A stretch of 32,000 bases of DNA, from contig NC_014729.1 in assembly GCF_000172995.2 (NCBI RefSeq), forward strand, positions 2,010,001 through 2,042,000, in the 5' to 3' direction. Positions 16,273 through 24,729 of the stretch are shown piece after piece. The DNA comes from Halogeometricum borinquense DSM 11551. GTDB lineage: Archaea > Halobacteriota > Halobacteria > Halobacteriales > Haloferacaceae. Every line of letters starts with the position of its first letter. Within the stretch, counting starts at the first letter, position 1. The notes beneath the pieces were generated by a model that saw nothing but the letters and a program-made list of their open reading frames with translations, made no database searches and was not told the origin of the DNA. Position numbers and translations under genes: made by a program.

Positions 16273-17337
16273 ATGACCGAGGACGATGATGCGTTCGTGG
16301 AACACCGGAAACTCATTATCGCCGGGTCCGGTATCTCCGGGCTCTCGGCGGCTATCTATGCGGGACGGTCGAACAACGAACCGCTCGTGTTCGAGGGGGA
16401 CGAACCCGGCGGACAACTGACGCTGACGACCGAGGTGGAGAACTATCCGGGCTTCCCCGAAGGAATCTCCGGGCCTGAACTCATTCAGAACATGAAAGAG
16501 CAGGCCGAGCGGTTCGGCGCGGAGATCGATCACGGCATCGTCGAGTCTGTCAGCGCTGACGAACGCCCGTTCACGGTGACGATGAAGAACGGCGATGTGT
16601 ACACCGCAGATGCGATCATCGCCGCATCGGGCGCATCAGCGCGGACACTGGGTATTCCCGGCGAAGACGAACTGATGGGCTACGGTCTCTCGACGTGTGC
16701 GACGTGCGACGGCGCATTCTTCCGTGGGGAGAAGATTCTCGTCATCGGTGGGGGCGACGCCGCGATGGAGGAGGCGAGTTTCCTCACGAAGTTCGCCTCG
16801 AAAGTGTACATCGCGCATCGCCGCGAGGAGTTCCGCGCGGAGGATTACTGGGTTGACCGCGTGATGGAGAAAGTCGAAGACGACGAGATCGAACTCATGC
16901 GCAACACCGAGGTGACGGAACTCCACGGAACGCCCGAAGACGGCGTTGACCACGTGACGATGGTTCGTCATCCGGAGGGTCACCCGACAGACAAACTCGA
17001 CGACCCCGAAACGGAGGAGTTCGACTTCGACGTGGGCGCAGTGTTCTACGCCATCGGTCACACACCGAACGCGGACTATCTCGAAGGTACGGGCGTCGAA
17101 CGCGACGATGACGGCTACGTGAAGGCGAAGGGCGGCACCGGCGGCGGACAGACGGCCACCGACGTGCCGGGTATCTTCGCTGCGGGCGACGTCGTGGACT
17201 ACCACTATCAACAGGCCGCGACCGCGGGCGGCGACGGCGTGAAAGCGGCCCTCGATGCTGACGATTACCTCGAAAACCTCGAACGAGAGGCCGAGGCGAC
17301 CGAAGTCGAACCTGCCGCCGCTGAATCGGACGACTGA
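16273..17337 (+). CDS. trxB: Thioredoxin-disulfide reductase with acidic C-terminal extension
   Basis: FAD motif IIAGSGISGLSAAIYAG. Redox centre CATCDG. NADPH motif VIGGGDAAMEEA. FAAGDV near the C-terminus. About 40 aa acidic tail. Confidence 0.92.
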   Translation: MTEDDDAFVEHRKLIIAGSGISGLSAAIYAGRSNNEPLVFEGDEPGGQLTLTTEVENYPGFPEGISGPELIQNMKEQAERFGAEIDHGIVESVSADERPFTVTMKNGDVYTADAIIAASGASARTLGIPGEDELMGYGLSTCATCDGAFFRGEKILVIGGGDAAMEEASFLTKFASKVYIAHRREEFRAEDYWVDRVMEKVEDDEIELMRNTEVTELHGTPEDGVDHVTMVRHPEGHPTDKLDDPETEEFDFDVGAVFYAIGHTPNADYLEGTGVERDDDGYVKAKGGTGGGQTATDVPGIFAAGDVVDYHYQQAATAGGDGVKAALDADDYLENLEREAEATEVEPAAAESDD

Positions 17338-17459
17338 CGACAGTCGTTCGGGTTTTGCTTCGTTTGTATCGCGTTGCGGTTGCAGTTGCCACTCCATACC
17401 AGTGCGCTTCGACTACCACATTCCCACAGACCCTTAAGTCGAGAGGACGCAGAGTCGCC

Positions 17460-17744
17460 ATGGTCGAAACCGAGACCTACACTATCGAAGGACCGGCAGG
17501 CGACACAGAAGACGTTGAACTTCCCGAAGGCCTCGTAGACATCTTCACAGAACAGGGCGAGGACCCGACTGCCGTTGTCGCGGATCTTGTTGTGCAGTCG
17601 TTCGCCCAGCAAGCGCACGTCGCCACGCACCACAGCGAGGGCGAGACGCCGGGCGACCTTACGGAACTCAACGAGAAGATGGAAGAACTGTTCGAGGATC
17701 GCTTCGGCATCTCGATGGACGAAGCGATGGGCCACAGTCACTGA
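17460..17744 (+). CDS. Small acidic hypothetical protein (94 aa)
   Basis: ATG 17460 lies about 26 nt downstream of CCTTAAGT. Acidic composition typical of haloarchaeal cytosolic proteins. The upstream part of ORF 17355 has a non-ATG start and atypical composition. Confidence 0.55.
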   Translation: MVETETYTIEGPAGDTEDVELPEGLVDIFTEQGEDPTAVVADLVVQSFAQQAHVATHHSEGETPGDLTELNEKMEELFEDRFGISMDEAMGHSH

Positions 17745-17786
17745 ACGACGCACACTGAGGCCGAACGCGGATCTTCTCTCTTACTC

Positions 17787-18629
17787 TCAGACGAACAGCA
17801 ACGGCACCATCGCCAAGACACCGCAGGCGATACCCGCACACAGTTCGCGGCGGCCGCCGCGGGGCAGTTCCGCGCCGCGTTCGAGAGCTTCGGGGATGAA
17901 CTCCGTGAGCACGAGGAAGATCATCGCCCCCGCGGCGAACCCGAACCCGACCGGAAGGAACTCCCGAGCGAGGCGGACGAAGTAGAAAGCGATGACCGCC
18001 CCGATTGGTTGCGGCAGACTGGAGAACACCGACCACCAGACGAGTCGCCAGTTCGGGACGCCCATCGACCGAAGGGGAATGGAGATAGCAACGCCCTCGG
18101 GAATGTTGTGGATTGAGATAGCGATAGTCATGAACACTGCGAGGAGCGGAACGACGACACCGAACAGTTGGAGACCGCCCTCTAGCCCCAGATCTGCGAA
18201 CGCGACGCCGATAGCGACACCCTCGGGGAAACTGTGGATCGTGAGAATGCCGAGAATGAGTAGGAGTTTGCGGAAGTCAGCCTCTTCGTACCGCTTCGGG
18301 TGTACGTCCGCGCCGTCGATCACGTCGTGGGCGACGACGACGAGGACGATACCCGCGATGAGACCGGCACCGAGTAACAGAAACGTCCGTGTCGGGATCG
18401 GTGATACGGAAATGCCGGCTAGCGAGACCGAGATGTACTCCCCGAGCGCCTCCAGCACGAGGCCGAAGACGGACGCTGACAGCATGATTCCAGACGCGAT
18501 CCCCCACAACGCAACATTCCATCGGTCGCTTATGTCTTGAACGAAAAAGAACGGTATCGCCCCAAGACCCGTCGCCAACGCTGTGATAAACCCCGCAACG
18601 AAGACAAAGGCGAAATTATCGAGGGCCAT
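17787..18629 (-). CDS. ZIP family divalent metal transporter (ZupT-like)
   Basis: 280 aa polytopic protein with the duplicated ZIP signature TIHSFPEGVAIGVAF and SIHNIPEGVAISIPL. Confidence 0.9.
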   Translation of the reverse strand: MALDNFAFVFVAGFITALATGLGAIPFFFVQDISDRWNVALWGIASGIMLSASVFGLVLEALGEYISVSLAGISVSPIPTRTFLLLGAGLIAGIVLVVVAHDVIDGADVHPKRYEEADFRKLLLILGILTIHSFPEGVAIGVAFADLGLEGGLQLFGVVVPLLAVFMTIAISIHNIPEGVAISIPLRSMGVPNWRLVWWSVFSSLPQPIGAVIAFYFVRLAREFLPVGFGFAAGAMIFLVLTEFIPEALERGAELPRGGRRELCAGIACGVLAMVPLLFV

Positions 18630-18687
18630 ACGAACGCTTGGTTATGGACAGGGATAAACAGTATAGATTTTTGATGCTTTTGGCGTG

Positions 18688-18735
18688 CCTAAAACCCGAT
18701 TCTCGGCGTTATATCGCGTTCTATGACGTTTTAGG
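18688..18735. repeat. 8-bp inverted repeat CCTAAAAC-N32-GTTTTAGG in the AT-rich divergent promoter region between the ZIP transporter and MazG-like genes
   Basis: Read directly from the sequence. The arms at 18688-18695 and 18728-18735 are perfect reverse complements. Confidence 0.5.
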
Positions 18736-18831
18736 TAAAAGTCCAATTGACAAGCTAGTGTGTGGTATATGACACTTTTCGGGCCTATCGTCATTCGATG
18801 GAATCATTACGGGCCGTCGTGCAGGAGGGGT

Positions 18832-19149
18832 GTGACAGACGAACAACAGCAACGCGTCGCTGCGTTCCTTGACGCGCACGAGTTGCACGCACCACCCGCG
18901 TACCGCCTTTTGGATCTTGCCGCCGAGGTCGGTGAACTCGCGGCCGACGCAGCGAAGTCCAGCGAGTACGGCGCAAGCCCCGACAAGTTGGACGTGAAAC
19001 GGGACGAACTCGGGGATGCACTGTTCTGCCTGTACGCTCTCGCCGACGAACTTGATGTCGATGCCGCCGCCGCCCTCGACGAATCAGTGGCGAAGTACGA
19101 AGCGCGAATCGACGACGCTGGTGCGCCGGGATCCGACGCGAAGGAGTGA
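18832..19149 (+). CDS. MazG-like nucleotide pyrophosphohydrolase domain protein
   Basis: LLDLAAEVGELAADAAK ... ELGDALFCLYALADELDVDAAAALDESVAKYEAR fits the MazG EXXE/helical pattern. Start is uncertain. GTG 18832 lies about 27 nt from AATCATTA. The ORF opens at 18760 (ATG 18769), which would add an atypical W/C/R-rich N-terminus. Confidence 0.7.
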   Translation: MTDEQQQRVAAFLDAHELHAPPAYRLLDLAAEVGELAADAAKSSEYGASPDKLDVKRDELGDALFCLYALADELDVDAAAALDESVAKYEARIDDAGAPGSDAKE

Positions 19150-19661
19150 CATTTTACTCGTTCGAGTGCATGCGGTTCGTCAGCATGCATCAGCGAGCGA
19201 GTGAATTTGCCGCGGCCGCGCGCGATAGATACGACTTCGAGGTGGATGTCGAGGAATTCCCCGAGGGGACGAAGACGGCGGCCGACGCCGCGTCGGCCAT
19301 CGGTTGCGATGTTGGTCAGATCGCCAGCAGTCTGGTTTTCGAGGTTGACGGATCGCTCGTCGTCGTCATCACCAGCGGAGCGAACCGGGTGGACGAATCC
19401 CGCCTCGCAGACCACTTCGGCGTCTCTACGGGAACTGTCTCGATGGCCGACCCCGAAACGATTCGGGACGCCGTCGGGTGGTCAATCGGCGGCGTCCCGC
19501 CGTTCTGCCACGAGACCACCCTTCCCGTCCTGTTCGACAACTCACTCTCTCAGTACGACACTGTCTGGGCGGCCGCAGGGACACCCGAGGCGGTCTTCCC
19601 AATCGATCCGGCAGAACTCCGCCGGTTGGCCGACGCGGAGGCGATTTCGGTTACTAGCTGA
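19146..19661 (+). CDS. YbaK/EbsC-type aminoacyl-tRNA editing (deacylase) domain protein
   Basis: KTAADAASAIGCDVGQIASSLVF......VVVITSGANRVD..RL ... IGGVPPF fits the YbaK/ProX pattern. GTG 19146 overlaps the MazG-like stop (GTGA). Alternative ATG starts at 19170 and 19185. Confidence 0.8.
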   Translation: MTFYSFECMRFVSMHQRASEFAAAARDRYDFEVDVEEFPEGTKTAADAASAIGCDVGQIASSLVFEVDGSLVVVITSGANRVDESRLADHFGVSTGTVSMADPETIRDAVGWSIGGVPPFCHETTLPVLFDNSLSQYDTVWAAAGTPEAVFPIDPAELRRLADAEAISVTS

Positions 19662-19728
19662 CCGGAAACGACATTCGTCCGTGTGAACCGCCGACCGAAC
19701 TTTCCCGATCGACCGCGATGGTCACAGT

Positions 19729-20031
19729 ATGAACTCGGTATCTGACGATTCGACCGGTGACGACGAGACGACGCGCGTCTGGTTGGTCGAACGCACCTAT
19801 TCGGACGACGAACAGAACATCATCATCCTCGTCTACGCGACGCCCGATGGGTCTCAGTACCTCCGGAAAGAGCGTTCGCTCACGAGTTTCGACGACGTAC
19901 GAGAGACGACGGCCGCCGTGGACACCGACGCGTCTCATCTCGGCACCGTGAACGACCCCGAACAGCGGGCGCAGTACGCTGAGGCGGCCCAGCGCATGCA
20001 AGACCAACACGATCCCGACGAGGCGGTGTGA
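19729..20031 (+). CDS. Small acidic hypothetical protein (100 aa)
   Basis: ORF track. Acidic composition. No recognisable motif. Confidence 0.55.
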   Translation: MNSVSDDSTGDDETTRVWLVERTYSDDEQNIIILVYATPDGSQYLRKERSLTSFDDVRETTAAVDTDASHLGTVNDPEQRAQYAEAAQRMQDQHDPDEAV

Positions 20032-20173
20032 ACGTCGTCGCGGCAACTGTACCGACGTTCAGTCGCTATCTGTCGAGACACTGAGAACCGGACACCCATC
20101 CAGGAATTTCTCTCTAAACAAAAGATCGTGACAGAGACGTGGCCGCACGAATCATGGAAGACCAAACATACCC

Positions 20174-20183
20174 GGATTTAAAC
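20174..20183 (+). promoter_or_regulatory. TATA-like box GGATTTAAAC about 29 nt upstream of the ACD ATG
   Basis: AT-rich element at leaderless spacing. Confidence 0.45.
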
Positions 20184-20207
20184 GGCGAGAGGGAGTAGCC
20201 ACGGACG

Positions 20208-22301
20208 ATGGGAGAGTTATCCGAGTTGTTCGCCCCGCGGCGTATCGCTGTCGTGGGCGCGACAGAGCGCGAAGGCTCCGTCGGCCGCGCCATCATGGAG
20301 AATCTCGTCGCGGATTTCGACGGGGATGTTGTCCCCGTGAATCCGAAGTACGACGAGGTGTTTGGCGTCCCGGCCGTAGCGGACGTCGGCGAGTCCGACG
20401 CCGACCTCGCGGTGATCGTTGTACCGCCGCATATCGCGGTGGACGCGGTCCGCGAGTCGGGCAAGGCGGGCATTCGTAACGTCGTCGTCGTCACCGCCGG
20501 ATTCGGTGAGACGGGAAGCGAAGGCGCATCGCGTGAACAAGAACTTACGGAGGTTGCAGAAGAGTACGACCTCAACCTGGTCGGTCCGAACAGTCTCGGT
20601 CTGATGTCTACGCCGACGGGGTTGAACGCCACGTTCGGCCCCGATAACGCCCTTCCCGGCAATATGTCGTTCATGAGTCAGTCGGGAGCGTTCATCACGG
20701 CAGTTCTCGACTGGGCGAACGACCAGGGAATCGGCTTCAAAGACGTCGTTTCACTCGGGAACAAGGCCGTCCTCGACGAGGCGGACTTCGTTGACGCGTG
20801 GGGTGACGACGAAGACACCGAGGTCATCATCGGCTACCTCGAAGGTATTTCGGAGGGCCGCGAGTTCATCGATACGGCCCGCGAGGTGACTCAGGACACG
20901 CCGATTGTCCTCGTCAAGTCCGGCCGGACCGATGCAGGTGCGCAGGCGGCGTCCAGTCACACCGGCACTATCGCCGGTTCGGACCAAGCGTACGAGGCTG
21001 GTCTCGACCAAGCTGGCGTCATCCGCGCGGAGTCCGTCCAAGAACTGTTCGACGCCGCACGCGTGTTGGAGAGCCAACCGCTGCCGGCTACCGACGACGT
21101 TGCCGTCATCACGAACGCCGGTGGTCCCGGCGTCATGAGCACCGACGCAGTGGGTGACTCACGCCTCTCGATGGCCTCGTTCACCGACGAGACGCTCGAT
21201 GCGTTCTCCGAGAAACTCCCCGCTGAGGGGAACATCTACAACCCCGTTGACATCGTCGGCGACGCCGACAACGAGCGGTTCCGCGACGCGCTCGATCTGG
21301 CCCTCGGTGACGAGAACGTCGGCTGTGCAGTTGTCCTCACAGCACCGACGGCGGTCCTCGACTACGAGCAACTGGCCGCCGACACCGTTGAACTGCAAGA
21401 GAAGTACGACAAGCCGGTCGCCGCCTGTTTCATGGGTGGCGAACGTGTGAAGCCGGCCGCAGAGGCCCTCTCGGACGCGGGTATTCCGAACTACTTCGAC
21501 CCCGCCCGCGCCGTCAACGGTCTCGACGCGCTCTCGCGGTTCCGCGAGATTTCCGAACGCGAGTTCGACGAACCAACGACGTTCGATGTGGACCGCGAAC
21601 GCGCCCGCGAGATTCTCTCCTCGGTGGAGGGACGGGACGACACGCGTCTCGGCGTCGAAGCGATGGACCTCCTCGACGCCTACGGCATCCAGACGCCTGA
21701 CGGCGATATCGTGGATGCGCCCGCCGAGGCTCTCGAAGTCGCAGAAGATATCGAGGGCGACGTCGTGATGAAAATCGTCAGTCCCGACATCCTGCACAAA
21801 TCCGACATCGGCGGCGTCAAAGTCGGCGTCCCGAACGAGGAAGTGTACGACGCGTACGAGGACCTCGTCACACGTGCGCGGAACTACCAACCCGACGCCA
21901 ATATTATCGGCGTCCAGGTACAGGAGATGGTGGACCTCGATAGCGGCGTCGAGACCATCGTCGGCATGAATCGGGACCCGCAGTTCGGTCCCCTCCTCAT
22001 GTTCGGTCTCGGCGGTATCTTCGTGGAAGTCCTCGAAGACACGACGTTCCGCGTCGCGCCCGTCTCCGAGTCCGAAGCGCACGAGATGACAGAAGAAATC
22101 GACTCCGCACCGCTTCTTCGCGGTGCGCGTGGCCGCGATCCGGTTGACGTTGCGGGCGTCACGGAGACGATCCAGCGCCTCTCGCAACTCGTCACGGATT
22201 TCCCGGCCATCCTCGAACTGGACATCAACCCCCTCGTCGCCACCCCCGACGGCGTCCAAGCGGTGGACGTACGATTAACGGTGGACCCCGACCAACTGTA
22301 A
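20208..22301 (+). CDS. acd: Acetate--CoA ligase (ADP-forming), fused alpha-beta type (ACD)
   Basis: 697 aa. N-terminal CoA-binding IAVVGATEREGSVGRAIMENL. Succinyl-CoA-ligase-like NLVGPNSLG and MSQSGAF. Phosphohistidine loop AASSHTGTIAGSD. C-terminal ATP-grasp part VVMKIVSPDILHKSDIGGV. Confidence 0.93.
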   Translation: MGELSELFAPRRIAVVGATEREGSVGRAIMENLVADFDGDVVPVNPKYDEVFGVPAVADVGESDADLAVIVVPPHIAVDAVRESGKAGIRNVVVVTAGFGETGSEGASREQELTEVAEEYDLNLVGPNSLGLMSTPTGLNATFGPDNALPGNMSFMSQSGAFITAVLDWANDQGIGFKDVVSLGNKAVLDEADFVDAWGDDEDTEVIIGYLEGISEGREFIDTAREVTQDTPIVLVKSGRTDAGAQAASSHTGTIAGSDQAYEAGLDQAGVIRAESVQELFDAARVLESQPLPATDDVAVITNAGGPGVMSTDAVGDSRLSMASFTDETLDAFSEKLPAEGNIYNPVDIVGDADNERFRDALDLALGDENVGCAVVLTAPTAVLDYEQLAADTVELQEKYDKPVAACFMGGERVKPAAEALSDAGIPNYFDPARAVNGLDALSRFREISEREFDEPTTFDVDRERAREILSSVEGRDDTRLGVEAMDLLDAYGIQTPDGDIVDAPAEALEVAEDIEGDVVMKIVSPDILHKSDIGGVKVGVPNEEVYDAYEDLVTRARNYQPDANIIGVQVQEMVDLDSGVETIVGMNRDPQFGPLLMFGLGGIFVEVLEDTTFRVAPVSESEAHEMTEEIDSAPLLRGARGRDPVDVAGVTETIQRLSQLVTDFPAILELDINPLVATPDGVQAVDVRLTVDPDQL

Positions 22302-22304
22302 TCC

Positions 22305-23405
22305 ATGAACACGTTACTCGTCACCTCAACCCACGAAAGTACCGGCAAGACGGCAGTCACGCTCGCACTCGGCAAACTCGCCCAAGAACGCGGTCTCGAC
22401 GTCGGTTACATGAAACCGAAGGGCACGCGCCTGCAGTCGAACGTCGGCAAGACGCTCGACGAAGACCCGATGCTCGCCCGCGAGATTCTCGACCTCGACG
22501 CCGAGATGCACCAGATGGAACCCGTCGTCTACTCGCCGACGTTCATCGACGGCGCGATTCGCGGACAGGAAGACGGCGACGAACTCGGCGAAATCATCGG
22601 CGAGTACTTCGAGCAACTCGCCAACCAGAAGGACCTGATGCTCATCGAGGGCGGCGGTGTCTGGAGTACGGGCGGCATCGTGGACCTGACCGACGTAGAT
22701 GTCGCAGACCAACTCGGCGCTGACGTCCTTCTCGTCTCCACCTACGAGAAGCCCGGCGACATAGACGACGTACTCGCCGCCGCAGAACAGTTCGGCGACC
22801 GCCTCGCCGGCGTCCTGTTCAACAGCGTGACCGACGCCGTCTTCGACGAACTCGAACAGGAAGTCGTTCCGTTCCTCGAAGGCCGCGGCGTGCCCGTCGT
22901 CGGTGTCGTCCCGCGCGAACAGCAACTCGCGGGCGTCACTGTCGAAGGTCTCGCTGACGAACTCGGTGCAGACGTGGTCACCGACGGTGACGAGGACGCC
23001 TACGTCGAACGGTTCCTCGTCGGCGCAATGAGCGGCGATGCCGCACTGCGCTACTTCCGCCGCACGAAGGACGCCGCAGTCATCACCGGCGGCGACCGTT
23101 CAGAGATCATCACGGCCGCGCTCGAAGCACCGGGCGTGAAAACCATCATCCTCACCGGCGGCCACCGCCCGCCTGCGGCCGTCCTCGGCAAGGCAGAAGA
23201 GAAGGGCGTCCCCGTGATGCTGGTCAACGGCGACACGCTCTCGGTCGTTGACCGCGCCGAAGACGTGGTTCACTCGGGTCGTGCCCGCGACGAGAAAACG
23301 GTGTCGCTGATGCGTGATCTCCTCTTCGAGCACACGGACGTTGACTCACTCGTCGGACCCGCAGATGCGGGCGATGCAGGCGCAAGCGACGCAGACGACG
23401 AGTAA
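22305..23405 (+). CDS. Phosphotransacetylase-family N-terminal-domain protein (DTBS/CobQ-like P-loop domain plus DRTGG domain) lacking the PTA catalytic domain
   Basis: Starts 3 nt after the ACD stop. P-loop-like LVTSTHESTGKTAVTLALG. DRTGG-type block AAVITGGDRSEIITAALEAPGVKTIILTGGHRP. Only 366 aa, so there is no room for a PTA_PTB catalytic domain. Confidence 0.82.
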   Translation: MNTLLVTSTHESTGKTAVTLALGKLAQERGLDVGYMKPKGTRLQSNVGKTLDEDPMLAREILDLDAEMHQMEPVVYSPTFIDGAIRGQEDGDELGEIIGEYFEQLANQKDLMLIEGGGVWSTGGIVDLTDVDVADQLGADVLLVSTYEKPGDIDDVLAAAEQFGDRLAGVLFNSVTDAVFDELEQEVVPFLEGRGVPVVGVVPREQQLAGVTVEGLADELGADVVTDGDEDAYVERFLVGAMSGDAALRYFRRTKDAAVITGGDRSEIITAALEAPGVKTIILTGGHRPPAAVLGKAEEKGVPVMLVNGDTLSVVDRAEDVVHSGRARDEKTVSLMRDLLFEHTDVDSLVGPADAGDAGASDADDE

Positions 23406-23499
23406 GCCTCCGCGGCGCTCCAATTTCGAGACGTCTTCTTTCTTCACCGGAACTGACTCCGTGAGCGTGCCGCCGATAGCGGCGTCGTCGCCGAACGAA

Positions 23500-24615
23500 T
23501 CAGCACTCCCAGCCGTGATCGCTGTCGTTCAAGCGTTCGCATCCGTCCTCCGTAACGACGACCAAGTCCTCGATGCGCACGCCGAACTCGTCGGGCAGGT
23601 AGATACCGGGTTCGACGCTGAACACCATCCCCGGTTCGAGTTCGCGGTCGTTTCCTTCGACGATGTACGGTTCCTCGTGAACGTCTAAGCCGACACCGTG
23701 GCCCGTTCGGTGGACGAACCGGTCGCCGTAGCCCGCGGCTTCGATGACTTCCCGGGCCGCGCGGTCGATTGACTCAGCAGTGACACCGGGTTCAGCGGCG
23801 TCTACAGCCGCTTGTTGTGCCTCACGGACGACATCGTGGACCTCACGGAAGCGGTCCGATGGCTCGCCGTCGAAGACGACGGTCCGCGTCTGGTCGCTCG
23901 GATAGCCATCGACTCGCGTCCCGAAGTCGAGTACGACCGGGTCGCCCGGTTGGATGGTTCGGTCGCCATGGCGGTAGTGCGGCATCGCGCCGTGTGACCC
24001 CGCCCCGACGACCGTCTCGAAGGAGGTGCCATTGCCACCCGCTTCCGACAGTAACGACTCCACGCGGGCCGCGAGTTCGCTTTCCGTCATGCCGATTGCG
24101 TCGGATCCGAGGGCGCGGACGGCGTCCATCGCCTCGTCGGCCGTGTCCCCCGCTCGTCGGAGGGCGTCGAGTTCGGCGTCGTCCTTGCGAATACGAAGCG
24201 GAGAGACGACTTCGCTCGCCAGTCCGAACGTCGCATCAGAGAGCACCGCTCTGAGGTCCTGCGTGAACGCCGCCCACATGGTGTCGTCGAAGAGGACGTG
24301 CGGTTCGTCGGGAAGGTCGAGTGCTTCGACGGCCGCCGCAGTCGCGGTTACCGGGTCGTCGTCGTCGGCCCACGTACGCACGTCGTCGATCCACGTCGCC
24401 GCACGGACCTGCTCTTCGTACAGTTCGGGGACCAGAAAGATCGGGTCGCCGTCGGCAGGGACGAAGAAGAATAGGTGGCGCTCTCCTGGCTCTTCCGAGA
24501 AGCCTGAGAGGTACGAGAGGTTTCGGCTGGGAAAGCAGACGAGGGCGTCCGCAGCAGCGTCGTCAAGCGCGGCCTGGGCGTCGCGCGTCCGTCGTTCGAA
24601 CGGTGTAGTCGCCAT
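23500..24615 (-). CDS. M24 family Xaa-Pro aminopeptidase/dipeptidase
   Basis: Pita-bread metal ligand blocks: VLDFGTRVDGYPSD, HRTGHGVGLDVHE, VFSVEPGIY, RIEDLVVV. The ORF opens at TTG 24678. ATG 24615 (MATTPFERR...) is preferred. Confidence 0.9.
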   Translation of the reverse strand: MATTPFERRTRDAQAALDDAAADALVCFPSRNLSYLSGFSEEPGERHLFFFVPADGDPIFLVPELYEEQVRAATWIDDVRTWADDDDPVTATAAAVEALDLPDEPHVLFDDTMWAAFTQDLRAVLSDATFGLASEVVSPLRIRKDDAELDALRRAGDTADEAMDAVRALGSDAIGMTESELAARVESLLSEAGGNGTSFETVVGAGSHGAMPHYRHGDRTIQPGDPVVLDFGTRVDGYPSDQTRTVVFDGEPSDRFREVHDVVREAQQAAVDAAEPGVTAESIDRAAREVIEAAGYGDRFVHRTGHGVGLDVHEEPYIVEGNDRELEPGMVFSVEPGIYLPDEFGVRIEDLVVVTEDGCERLNDSDHGWEC

Positions 24616-24729
24616 GGTTGACGTTTTGCGTCTCGCCACAAGAACGTGCGGAAGTCGGCCGTCCGTTCGTTTCTCCAACCGGAGGGTCCGGCCCAGCGTT
24701 TTATCCTACCACACGACGGAGAGACTGGT

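Noticed and set aside
21159-22259. 366-aa minus-strand ORF antisense to the ACD gene. Similar cases: 16636-17397 antisense to trxB, 1941-3044 antisense to the acylase, 8512-9192 antisense to purA, 14796-15266 antisense to cysS.
   Set aside because: All lie fully inside strongly supported genes on the opposite strand. Their composition is Arg/Val/Gly-rich, unlike the acidic proteome, and they have no recognisable motifs. Long antisense ORFs are expected by chance at this GC content.
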